Positions 48,973 to 61,553 of a DNA stretch of 64,000 nucleotides are shown here, piece after piece. The stretch is taken from contig JAUCBJ010005549.1 in the NCBI GenBank assembly GCA_032718475.1, positions 14,245 to 78,244 on the forward strand, read 5' to 3'. The notes under the pieces were generated by a model. That model had not been told where the DNA came from. It worked only from the letters and a program-made list of their open reading frames with translations, and did no database searches. Both the position numbers and the translations under genes were made by a program. Position 1 is the first letter of the stretch. The number at the start of each line of letters is the position of its first letter. This DNA is from Nemertoderma westbladi (lineage: Eukaryota; Animalia; Xenacoelomorpha).

Positions 48973-50172
48973 TGTTCGCGCTTTTAGACCTTTAGCAGTT
49001 TAACCTGCCAATTTTAGGTGTCTTCTAGTTTATAAATCGACTTTAGCCTATAACAAGTATTTGGTGCACATAAAGTTACATTAGCCGAAGCCAGCCTATG
49101 CGCGACCATTCACCCACGGTTAAGGGAGACTGGATTCGGATGCTTTGACCTTATTGCGGTGTAGACTTACTGTATTATTCGATTGCTCGTTACTATAATA
49201 TCTCTGACAAATATTATTCACTTTCGGGAAATATTAACAGTTCCTTTAGGACGTGGCGCTCTAAGTATGTAAACAGAGTTATGACTTACACTAAACACAA
49301 CGGGATGGCTATTGATTTTCGTATAAAGCGCATTCTTTAGGAAATGCTTTGTTATCTGTCACACTCCTGCACACTACCGCATACTGCTGCACACTGATCT
49401 GCTGACCTTCACTAAATTTGATCATATATAAGGAGAATAGCAACTGACACATGTAGGGATTATGAAATAGCATTCAATTCACTCCAAAACCACTATAATG
49501 TAAGTCGCAGTTGCTACAGGTAACTGGTCCCTCTTACCTTCAGTATATCAAGAAGATTGGGGTTTTATGATTATTTATCGATATTCTCCAAATATAACAA
49601 CATATCCATCAACTTATAACAATTAATAACCGACAGTAAACAGAAGTAAAATAATGCGGTAGGACAAGTATGTATGTTCTGGTTTGTCCAGTTTGTATGG
49701 TTTGGATTGATAACAGTTATACGTTCCTATAATCAAAGCCGTCTAATGTTTGGCTAAAGTCTGAAACTCAGAATAATTCCAAAGCCAATGTTCTGGGGCT
49801 CAGGAAAAGGTAAACAAAGACCGTCATGCATTGCGCGATTTCCCGTAGGCTTCTGTGCAAAATAAAATGAAAATCGCTCTGATTGGTCGAGTGAGCCGAA
49901 CAAAGAAAGTTAAGAAAGCTCCACATCGACATCAAATCAGCTGATAGATTTCGTCATCTGAATTACACTGTGTTAAGAGTATTAGGCGTATTGCGGCATA
50001 AAATGGCTTGTTATGTCCGCTAAAGTACACATACAGAAAAAATGGCTTTTTATGTCCGCTAAAACACCTACACAGTACTTTGCGGGAAAAATGGCTTGTT
50101 ATGTCCGCTAAAACAACTAAACAGTTCATTGCGGAGAAAACATGACTGGTTAATGACTGGAAAGCCTTTACA
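48973..50172 (-). mobile_element. 1.2-kb solo LTR
   Basis: TG...CA ends (tgttcgcg...ctttaca), TSD CGTTG at 48968-48972 and 50173-50177. Diverged homolog of 61554-62786. Confidence 0.85.
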
Positions 50173-51411
50173 CGTTGTTTAGGTTAGAATGTTGATACAT
50201 TCTAAATTCAATATAGATTTCATCGAATTATTTTTATTATATTATTCACATTAAAGAATAATATTATGCATTGAATGCGATAATATAAAATGTCCAATCT
50301 TGGCAAATTAACAGCTTATTTCAATACTAAATTATCAGTTGATGGAAAGGGGCAGTTTCCGGAGGCACATTATTGTAACTAAATCAATAGACGAAAGTTA
50401 ATATAACAGGTTATAGTTTTATTTATGAGCTGTTATTTGCGTCGATTTTTCCCATGAGAGGGATGCAGTTTCATTGTGTCAAGGTGCGTTTATTAACATA
50501 TACCGTAATAATATAGCAGAATTTAGTTGACATTTTGTCTCTTTTACATCACTACCAATATCCATGCAACACCAAGGAGGATTATATCACTATCACAGCC
50601 GGGGGCTATTAAAATTTATCCACCTAACTTCCAAATAAATCCACCTGTACCTCTCCACCTAACTTCCAGCCAGTCCACCTAGACGATTTTTGTTGGAAAT
50701 AGTGTTCCACATTGTTTCCACATGTTTGAACATGCGTGACTGAACCATTGTTAATTCACCGGGGCGTGCTTTGAATTCACCAAGATAGGTTTTGCAACAA
50801 TCCCCCCCATCATGCCTCCTGTGAAACGTATTTGACTCCTACTGTATATCTGTCTGTCTGTAGACCTACACATTGATCAGTGCTTGTTGATTTAGTGCAT
50901 TTAATACTGGCCAAGATTAGCAAGTAATCACATTAACAACCAATCAAACAGAAATGCCCATAAGAACTTAAAGCATTTATAAAACAGGCAATATCATTGG
51001 ATGTTCAGAAAATGATCCTTGGGTTTTTACTCTCATTGCTGCACGATTTATCCATTACTGTATTATGATTTAGAGTTTAACGAGACAATGTGATCTATGA
51101 TTTAAAAATAAACATTTCTATTCTATTTCTAATAATAAACATTTAATAATCTAATAATAATAATAATGTAGCACAGACATTACTATATCACAGTATTAGA
51201 ATTAGAAACATCATAGAAGAATTAGAGAAGCTGTAGGCCTACCATGTATGTTCAGTCAGGTACAAGGCTGCAGCTACCTGAGTACAAGTACCGGTTACTG
51301 AACAGTGTAGTTTACTACAGTACATGTGGTGCTATTGTACTAAAAGACAGTAGCACTAATGCACTAGGCCTATGTACAACTGCTATATCTTGATGATTAC
51401 TGTAATGTATT

Positions 51412-51484
51412 ACATAACAAAACAGGACATAACAAAACAGGACATAACAAAACAGGACATAACAAAACAGGACATAACAAAACA
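51412..51484. repeat. 15-bp tandem repeat, ~5 copies
   Basis: acataacaaaacagg repeated. Confidence 0.9.
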
Positions 51485-52213
51485 TGCACGGCTTAGTATT
51501 TATACTCTTATAATATTATTCTCATATGCATATATCATATTAAAATTGTTTATTTATTTATTACAGGTATCCCGTTTGTCCTGCCTGGGGGTCTATAAAT
51601 GTTGCATCATTCACACATGTAGCTGTTGTTACACCAATTTATCTATTTGGACGATGGAATGGTTTGGGTATATGCTACGAAGTAATATCCCATATTGTTT
51701 CTTGCTATAATTTATTGTAGTTTGAATGTAATATATATACAAGGTTTTGGGTATATATAATCACTATCATTAAGGATATATATTTTAATATATAAAGTAA
51801 TACGCTAACAATAATACGATGGTTATCATAGGGTAACCTCGTAAAATAAATCAATTAATTTAAATTTTTTATATAAATTTTTTGATTGTTTTTAATTATT
51901 AATTTAAGTTTTTATTGGGACAGTCAAACAATAGTTAGCTGGCTAATACCGACACACCGATTGATTCCAAAGCTCCAATGGTAAACAAGAGAGCCGTGAT
52001 CAAGCCGTCGAATAAGAAATGAAAGAATATTATTAAATAAATTGAATTTCACACAGAATTTATTTATTTATTTATCAACAGGAACAATTAAAACACGTAA
52101 CATCGATAAATATGAGAACATTGAAACTAGCTAAACATCAACGATTAATAATGGAATTCATGAAAAAACATACATAAAGGTCCAAGGTCACAAAGTTCAA
52201 AGGTCACAAAATC

Positions 52214-52383
52214 TCAAATCCTCATATATAAATCGAGATCATTGGTTTCCAAGGCAACGTCAGTGGGATCGTATGAACGACTCATTCTAGAATCCATCTC
52301 TCTCGGGTCTTTAAAGTTCCTCTCGATGTATTTCATCAGCCTGTCCACTGACTGCTCTGCGTTATCCAAATTATAGTCTTCCA
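52214..52383 (-). CDS. Probable last coding exon of the polycystin/PKD-family gene
   Basis: Acceptor atatttatag|, phase 1, matching the upstream donor. Encodes VEDYNLDNAEQSVDRLMKYIERNF...LYMRI*. Confidence 0.7.
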
Positions 52384-55300
52384 CTATAAATATGTAAAAT
52401 TACTGTACTTAAATTAAACGTTTTCATTGCAAGGCCCTTTCAGATGTTTAGATAACTTAGTGGTTCAAGTAACTTCACAACTCGTCTTCATGTGATGTTT
52501 AACCATCGGTTAGCATAACGAAAATAGAAGGAAGTCTATAAGTATTTTTTACATTAAAAATTCAAATTTCATATATCCGGGTCAATCTACAAAATAGTGA
52601 CCAAAAAAAAGCTCCAAAATATTTTTTTCTCAAAATATGAAAAACCATATATATTTTGAAAGGATTTTTCATGCTGAATCCGAAAATCGCAATTTCGAAT
52701 TTCCCACCTTAAATATGTACTCCAAACGAAAGTATGCCCATGTTACAGGCAATGCAGCAAAGTAATAAAGACCGAGTCTTCCTATCAGTTACGGGATATT
52801 TCGGGGCGATAGTGTCAAATATTACTAAGAAACATAGGAGTGACCTCGGGAACTATGGAATCAGAGTTCTATTAACATCGACTGCAACGTGTTGATTACT
52901 AAGAGATAACCATCCGGGTGGGTAGGGAATAGTGAGTGCGTGTTAAAACGGTGTCTGACTTGCGATTGGATAGCTGCTAACCCACAAACAACACCTTGGG
53001 GTGGACGAATTGTAGGTTGGTTTAACTGTGCATCAACTGGCTCCCATCGGAAACTGTCAATACTGAAAGTAAATTTTTATTTTCCAAAAAGCTTAAAGAC
53101 CTTGACCTGCTATCTTTTTGTAAATTTAATAAAATTTGTAAACATGCGCATATTTTTATTTTTTTTTTTGATTATTTTTGTGAATCATAACAATCAATTT
53201 TTATTGTAAATATTTTATTGCACATAGCTTACTGTTTACTGTACCCTTGTATTTATTTGATTTTATATTTTCAGCACTGCTTCTGTCTATTCTACTGCAC
53301 CGTTTTATGCTTTTTTATTTTGAATGTAAATATGATATCTTTATTCACTGCACCAAATTTATTTATTTATTTTTTTATCAATTTTCAGAAATTCGTAGAC
53401 TATGACATTGTTGCGTTAATTTTAATTTTATTTTGTAGAATATATTTCTGTATTTTTGTGTAATTTTAGAGCCTGCTCGGGCAACCATAAGTGTTTAATT
53501 TTTAATAACCTGGTTGTTTTCTCTCCTCATGTACTTTTAATTTAATTTTTATAAATACATAGAGTGATAATAATAATAAAATAAAACTAGTGTACTATAC
53601 ATAATAATAATTTGCCGTCGCACACACCCGGATCAATATTACATAGGACAGACTGAGCAGAGTCTTAGTTGAACATTTTCGCGAGTGTGAACTTAGTGAC
53701 TTGCGAGTGACCATTTTGCGGAAATACCGAACCGATAAGGTGATATTCATGGTGAGGAGGCCGTGTACATTAACCGATTTAGACCCCCTCTTAATAAAGT
53801 GAACCCCCATAAGTGCTGGTAATAATAGTCAGAATACAGTAGCTTTGTCTACTACAATAATGAATTTTCGTTGCAAATAAATAATTAAGTACTGTAGCTT
53901 TATTTTATGGATCTCTTGAGTTTTACTTACTAAATACAATATGTAAAATATTATTTGCCATCTTATTTCGTCAACTATTTTATATTATTTGTTTAAAACA
54001 TTTACGTATCACGTTAATGGGCTGGTTATTGGCATTTTATATTTTCACTTGAGTTTTATTTTGGAATATTGCAAAATAAATTTCATTAATGAATAATTAC
54101 CCCTAAATTTTTTATATTAATTCTGCAATGTTCTTTCATTAGAATAATTTTATTAAACTTCAAAAAAAATTTCCACCCGTTTTAATGTCGTAATTTTATA
54201 TTATTTGGTAAGTAATATTAAGTAGAAACATGTACTTATTAGGCCAATGGGCTGTTTAATAGCACTTTATATTTTTCACTCATACTGTGTTTTGGAATAA
54301 TTCACAATAAATTCAATTAACTACTTACGTGTGTTTTTATCTCATTGCTACAATATTGTTTTCGTTAGTACGTATTAGTTTTATTACATTTTCAATATTT
54401 TTTGCCGCCGTTTTAATGTAGTTATTTTGGTAATATTAATTTAGAAACATATTAGGTAAATTGGCTGTTTAATGGCATTTCATTTTTTTCACTTATGTTA
54501 TTTTCCACTTACCAGTGCAATAATAATGTTATTATTTAATGATTATTTAAAAAAAAATTAAATACTCATTTACAGTTTAATAATTAGTTGGTGATAGGCC
54601 TAGGTTATGTGAATATCCTGCTTATACTCTGTAATACCCATAGTAACTGTAGTAAGCTGTGTGTCTGTCTAGCTTGTTATGTACCGTGGAATGTACATGC
54701 AGATATGCACGAGCTGCACAGTCAGATAGTGCGTACTGTCAGACTGTGGACTGCTACACAAAACGCAGTAACGGTACAGCTGTAAATTTCAGTTTCATGC
54801 ACCGAGTTTATTTGTTTTTGAGTATAGTAGTTTTTATTTCAGGTAAAAAATGTTTCATATATTATTTTACAATAATTATTACCGGTACCATTATTGTATT
54901 TATCAGTTTTATACCTTCCAATTTTAATAGCTCTATCTTGATGATAAAAAGTTAGTGTTTTCGGATAAAATTTGAGGATACTGTGTCCTTTAGATTGTTA
55001 TATTATCTCAAACTTGTATTAAACCTATATTTGATAAGGATAACTCAAACGAGTAACTGTTACAGGCTGGACAGATTTTGTCTAAAAATACCGACCATCA
55101 CTACAAACAATCACTACACTCAATGATGCCATTATGTCATTCATACTGTATTAAAATATTGATCAGAGATTATAGGAAATCCTTTCGTCTTTCTGATGAT
55201 ATAGATTATATAATTTAAACAAAGATTTTAAAACATATCATTATGCTAGGTTGGAATATCACAAAATTTGATACTTCGACATGATCAAATTGCTGCCATA

Positions 55301-56207
55301 TTTGTAAAAATTAAGATGGTTCAATATTTTATGTTGTCACTAAAGTGCGAATACATTTGTCTTTCAAATGATGTATAACATTATAGGGGTCGTGATATGT
55401 AATGCTTCGTAAGAGAGGGTCGAAGTCAGCGCCATTACGGATTTCACTTTGCAGAATTTGTGCATAATTCTCGGCTTATCGGAAAAATATTACTTTAGAA
55501 AATACTTCTCTCTATAATTAGATTTTCATCCAAACATTATTAATTATTTTAGAAAAAAACATAAATTTTGGTGTGCTTATTGCAAACCGGTATTAATTAA
55601 TCAAATTATCTGGCGTTTTAAAACGTTTTCCAAAACAATGAAATGCGTTCTTATTCGGAAATGGCATTACTCAAGTCAAGAACTATTAAGTGATATTCTA
55701 TGTTCAATAGTGTAGGCCTACTCTATGTAAGAGACAGGGGGGGAACTGGACGCAAAATCCGCCTTGGCGAATTAATATTCCGCCTCAATGTTAAATTCTC
55801 AATTTAGGGAAAGGGACAGGTTACAGTGGCACGTTATTTTAACCAAAACAATAAACTAAGCAAAAATAAAACAGGTTACAGTTTTATTTTTGAGAATAAT
55901 CAGATGTTACTTGCGTCGAATTTCCCCTGGAGAGGGATTAATTTTTATTGCGTACAGTTTCCCCCCCCCCCCCCCCCCCATATCTGCTGTGTAAAGATTT
56001 TAAATTATGTTTTACAATAAGAAACACTTTGAAACACATCAGAGATGCCAACCAATTAAAAGTTTCAAACTGCCAGAAATTTCCGGAATTTAAAACGAAA
56101 CGCCCCGCCCTAGTTGTCATGTTTCTTAAAACTGAAATTAAATTAAAGGAGGTTGGCTACCCCGGATAAAGTGCTTGCCAATGCCATATAAGGCAGTATA
56201 GCCTCAC

Positions 56208-56424
56208 CTGGCCTAACATTTCTCGCGCGTTTTCTCCAGCCGGTCGCGTGAAGGATTTTAGCCCAAATAAAATCGACAATTTCGAACTCGTCTGGGTTCT
56301 CCTTGAGATCACCTTTGACTTTATCGATGGCCTCAACGAGGATGGTTGTAAACACATTGACGAGGATTATAAAGAGAACTGTGGTGAGCAACCCGAAGTA
56401 AATTGGAGCCACAATAGGGGAAAC
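56208..56424 (-). CDS. Polycystin/PKD channel exon (last TM helix)
   Basis: Acceptor tgtttcccag|, donor G|gtgagg. Encodes VSPIVAPIYFGLLTTVLFIILVNVFTTILVEAIDKVK...EFEIVDFIW, typical of the PKD channel C-terminus. Confidence 0.88.
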
Positions 56425-56687
56425 CTGGGAAACAGATGAGTTGTAATAGTGGCAATATATACTTGGAGATCCGGACAAGCACTGCATGCTTTAAATGCTG
56501 CAGCCTAGCTAACAGCTGATTACTTCTAAAGAAGATTCTCTCATTCACATTACTTCTAAAATTTAAAGTGTAACCTGTTCTATTGACATTCGTTTATTGT
56601 TTTGGTTAGAATAATGTTCCACTGAAACCTTTTCCTTTCCCTTAACCATGGCTTTATCTCTCAAATGTTTGAAACAATCTATCTTTG

Positions 56688-56752
56688 TTCGGCATCCTGC
56701 ATTGTAACTGCATTATTAATGCCCACGCCGGCTTATTTACAAAATTGCGCCG
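56688..56752 (-). mobile_element. Very short diverged RTE 3' remnant
   Basis: tcggcatcctgcattgtaactgcatt...gccggcttatttacaaaattgcgcc resembles 18457-18525. Confidence 0.5.
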
Positions 56753-56912
56753 AATCTTCATCTTAAAGTGGTTAAAATTCGAACCAAAAACTTGGTAATG
56801 AGAGTGGAAGGCTATGTTATGAAAAGGTTATCAGTAATACCCTGAATTAATTCGCCAAAAACAGTCATCGATAAATTCAATATGCTGTAGAATAACACGG
56901 TATTTCTCCAAC

Positions 56913-57082
56913 CTGGTACATTTCGTCGTAATGGAACTGCCCAAGTGCCGTAGAAACGAGTTCCTCAAAACACCAGATGGGGGAGCTAAAATACAGCAGA
57001 CGAGTTCCAAAGGTAGCGTAACCAACAGCAGTGAAAGCAGAGAGATACAGAAAAAACATGAACATAAACCCAAGTAGGGAAC
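56913..57082 (-). CDS. Polycystin/PKD channel exon (TM helix and pore region)
   Basis: Acceptor tttttgtctgtacag|, phase 1; donor CAG|gttgga, phase 0. Encodes GSLLGFMFMFFLYLSAFTAVGYATFGTRLLYFSS...LGQFHYDEMYQ. Confidence 0.85.
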
Positions 57083-59405
57083 CTGTACAGACAAAAACAT
57101 GAACATAAACCCAAGTAGGGAGCCTGTAGAGACAAAAAATGAATATAAACCAAGTAGGGAGCCTGTAGAGACAAAAACATGAACATAAACACAAGTAGGG
57201 AGCCTGTAGAGACAAAAGAATGTACATAAATCCAAGTAGGGAGCCTGTAGAGACAAAAACATGAATATAAACCCAAGTAGGGAACCTGTAGAGACAAAAA
57301 CATGAACATAAACCTAAGTGGGGAGCCTGTAGAGACAAAAACATGAACATAAACCCAAGTAAGGAGCCTGTATCAAGACAGAAACATTAACATAAACCCA
57401 AGTACTGTAGGGAGCCTGTAGAGACAAAAACATGAACATAAACCCAAGTAGGGAGCCTGTAGAGACAAAAACATGAACATAAACCCAAGTAGGGAGCCTG
57501 TAGAGACAAAAACATGAATATAAACCCAAGTAGGGAGCCTGTAGAGACAAAAGCATGAACATAAACCCAAGTAGGGTGTCTGTAGAGACAAAAGCATATG
57601 GACATAAACCCATGTAGGGAGCCTGTAGAGACAAAAGCATGAACATAAACCCAAGTAGGGTGTCTGTAGAGACAAAAGCATATGGACATAAACCCATGTA
57701 GGGAGCCTGTAGAGACAAAAACATAAACATAAACCTAAGTAGGGAGCCTGTAGAGACAAAAACATGAATATAAACCAAAGTAGGGAGCCTGTATCAAGAC
57801 AAAAACATTAACATAAACCCAAGTAGGGAGCCTGTAGAGACAAAAACATGATCATAAACCCAAGTAGGGAGCCTGTATCAAGACAAAAACATTAACATAA
57901 ACCCAAGTACTGTAGGGAGCCTGTAGAGACAAAAACATGACCATAAACCCAAGTAGGGAGCCTGTAGATACAACATTAAAATAAACGCAAGTAGGGAGCC
58001 TGTAGAGACAAAAAAATGAACATAAACCCAAGTATTGAGCCTGTAGAGACAAAAACATGACCATAAACCCAAGTAGGGAGCCTGTAGAGACAACATAAAC
58101 ATGAACATAAACCCAAGTAGGAACCCAAGTAGGGAGCCTGTAGGGACAAAAACATGAACATAAACCCAAGTAGGGAGCCTGTAGAGGCAAAAACATGAAC
58201 ATAAACCCAAGTAGAGAGCCTGTAAATACAACATTAACATAAACCCAAGAAGGGAGCCTGTAGAGACAACATAAACATGAACATAAACCCAAGTAGGAAC
58301 CCAAGTAGGGAGCCTGTAGGGACAAAAACATGAACATAAACCCAAGTAGGGAGCCTGTAGAGGCAAAAACATGAACATAAACCCAAGTATTGAGCCTGTA
58401 GAGACCAAAACATGAACATAAACCAAAGTAGGGAGCCTGTAGAGAGAAAAACATGAACATAAACCCAAGTAGGGAGCCTGTAGAGGCAAAAACATGAACA
58501 TAAACCCAAGTATTGAGCCTGTAGAGACCAAAACATGAACATAAACACAAGCAGGGAGCCTGTAGAGACAAAAACATGAACATTAACCCAAGTAGGGAGC
58601 CTGTAGAGACAAAAACATGAACATTAACCCAAGTAGAGAGCCTGTAGAGACAAAAACATGAACATTAACCCAAGTAGGGAGCCTGTAGAGACAAAAACAT
58701 GACATAAACCCAAGTAGGGAGCCTGTAGAGAGAAAAACATGAACATAAACCCAAGTAGGGAGCCTGTAGAGAGAAAACATTAACATAAAGACAAGTACGG
58801 AGCCTGTAGAGACAAAAATATGAACATAAACCCAAGTAGGGAGCCTGTAGAGACAAAAACATGAATATAAACCTAAGTGGGGAGCCTGTAGAGACAAAAA
58901 CATGAATATCAACCCAAGTAGGGAGCCTGTAGAGACAAAAACATGACATAAACCCAAGTAGGGAGCCTGTAGAGACAAAACATTAACATTATCCCAAGTA
59001 GGGAGCCTGTAGAGACAAAACATTAACATAAACCCAAGTAGGGAGCCTGTAGAGACAAAAACATGAACATAAACCCAAGTAGGGAGCCTGTAGAGACAAA
59101 AACATGAACATAAATCCAAGTAGGGAGCCTGTAGAGACAAAAACATGAACATAAACCCAAGTAGGGAGCCTGTAGAGACAAAAACATGAATATCAACCCA
59201 AGTAGGGAGCCTGCAGTGACAAACACATGACATAAACCCAAGTAGGAAGCCTGTAGAGACAAAAACATGAACATAAACCCAAGTTTATGTTTAAGTGTAG
59301 GGAGCCTGTAGAGAGAAAAACATGAACATAAACCCAATTATTGAGCCTGTAGAGACCAAAACAAAAACATGTACCCAATTAGGGAGACTGTAGAAACAAA
59401 AACAT
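57050..59405 (-). repeat. 41-bp minisatellite (~57 copies) made of a splice acceptor plus exon start
   Basis: Minus-strand unit ttttgtctctacag|GCTCCCTACTTGGGTTTATGTTCATGT. The last copy runs directly into the unique PKD exon. Confidence 0.95.
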
Positions 59406-59701
59406 GTCTATAATAGGGTTTCTTCACTATCTCTGTCTATAATTAAATTTTTAATTTGCTTTTTATACTTTAATTATGAAATTTTTATAAAATTTTATTT
59501 TTTACAATATTTTTATTTACTTTTATTTTAAATTTTAATATTTGAATTAAAAAATTATAATTTATTTAAATTTAAATTAGATTTCAATTAAGTGAAGTTA
59601 TTTATAATTCAAAGTTACTATTAAATTCAAAAATACTATTAGGGGCTTGGTTCCTACATGCATTATCTACACAATATTTTCGATTTTTTAAACAAACTAA
59701 C

Positions 59702-59857
59702 CTTTTGCTTTGTGGAAAGTGGCTGCAAGCATACCGAACCGTTTATTAAACGCCAGCAGTTTCAACATTTTCAGCGCAACGCAAAAAGAAACAAATCCGA
59801 TGCATTTTATGAAAACATCGCCGTATAGGATAAGTAAGTCAGAGTTTAAGAATTCAC
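59702..59857 (-). CDS. Polycystin/PKD channel exon
   Basis: Acceptor cccatttttag|, donor AAG|gttagt, phase 1-1. Encodes EFLNSDLLILYGDVFIKCIGFVSFCVALKMLKLLAFNKRFGMLAATFHKAK (LKLLxFNKR motif). Confidence 0.88.
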
Positions 59858-61477
59858 CTAAAAATGGGTATACAATAATTTGAAATATTTTTGGGGACGC
59901 GAAATCAATTTCTGATCAAGTTCCTGACGCTCCCCATTTTTCTCCATGACAACAGGGCATTGTAATTTTTGTTGATTTCCACATGTGGTCTAAATACGAG
60001 AACACCACACAACAGTATGTTTAGTGTTGCATGTACTGTAGGGCGGTCGACGCTTTACAATAAAGATACTGGCCATCACGGATACAGCCCTTGTTACCTG
60101 TATAGATCTATTGTGTGAACTTCTTAAGATGAAGTTTTGAAAACAGCTTAAAAAATTATTTATTACTTGGAAATAATGTAGAAACTAAATTTTTTCCGCT
60201 CCATTTGCTATAGAGTTGGATCATCCTTAGTCCTATTTAATTACTTATAATTTAATGTAGAAACTTGTTCACTATTCTCGAGGTATTATATTTATTTAAA
60301 GGGTCTATAGAATATTGAAAAACATTTTCTACGTTTTCTTGCCATGTAATACTTAATAATAAATAAAACTTTAATAAAAGATATAGAGATATTATAGTCT
60401 TACAAAATATATTGCATTGTAGTATTTTACTATATATAGTTTCCATAGTTACTTACAGCGATTCAAATTATTGTATTATCTTATTATCTTCAATCCCTGA
60501 TGCTTTCTAATGTTAAATTGTATATAAGCGTTCTGGAATATTTATTTATTTAAGTATAGAACAGCTCAACTTAACATTAGACTTTTACTCCAATGATTAA
60601 TATTTTAAAGAGAACAACACATTTTACAAAAATATGTATTTTTATATATTTTTTTTGTATTTTTAAGTATTTTTTTGTCCTCATTGCAATCGCATTTCAT
60701 CAAAATATTGTATTCCAAGAAATACTATTCCTCGGACAAAAAAATGTTCATTTCTTAATGTAATAGTTTGATTGTGTTTAATTATTTTGTTCTATCTTTT
60801 AAACTAATTAAGCAATAATTTAAGTACCAATTTAAGAATAAAATTAAGTATTACATGTGAAAAAAAACGTAGAACATTATTTTCAATATTCTCTAGAACG
60901 TTTAATAATCTCGCTGGATAAAACGCTTGTTCGTTAAATAAAATTCCTAGAGAATAGAAAAAATTATACATTTTTTCCCAATTAATAAATAATATTTTCA
61001 TTCCGCATTGGCATATTCTTTAATTATCTAATTTAATTAAATTGGAATGCAGCGAAGTGGATGGGGCTGGCGGAAAATATTATTCATCAGAGTAACGGGA
61101 CATGTAAATTAGATTTCATTGATCGCTTTGCTTCTATGATGGGTAACCTACTGTATATATAATATCTGTGAAAACGCAGTTGGATATAAGTTGCATAACA
61201 ATGCTATTCATTGTAATTGCTGCAGGAAGATATAAGTATTGCGATCAGTTCTTACACCATGTATATAAATATAACGCTCCTACTCACTTTACTGATCAGC
61301 TATTTTGATTGTTTACAAATTTTATGTATCATTTCAGAATAAATTTTGTGAAAAAATTTTAGTATCAAAGTAATTATTTACATTGCGCTAATCCAGGTGG
61401 TCTGTAACACGAACAAACGTATTGAGTAAGTGTAAAATATAGAAACGAGGATCAGATAGTAAAATACATTGGAACGG

Positions 61478-61553
61478 AACCAGGACAATTTCCCCCGGAC
61501 AATTACCCCCCAGACAATTGCCCGCCGAGGACATTTTCCCCCGAGGACAATTG
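61478..61553. repeat. Short ggacaattncccc repeats (likely transposon subterminal array) interrupted by an LTR insertion
   Basis: ggacaatttccccc / ggacaattacccccc / gacaattgcccgcc / ggacattttccccc. Confidence 0.6.

Noticed and set aside
52570-55420. Possible large non-autonomous DNA transposon in the PKD intron
   Set aside because: Some transposon-like words and degenerate ~220-bp AT-rich repeats (~54019, 54249, 54462) are present, but I could not define matching termini or a TSD.
57314-59378. Many 60-240 aa hydrophobic ORFs on the minus strand
   Set aside because: They are translations of the 41-bp minisatellite. Only the last unit joins the real exon.
59990-60100. Possible further PKD exon
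   Set aside because: An acceptor-like site is present but the translation lacks convincing PKD similarity or a phase-compatible donor.
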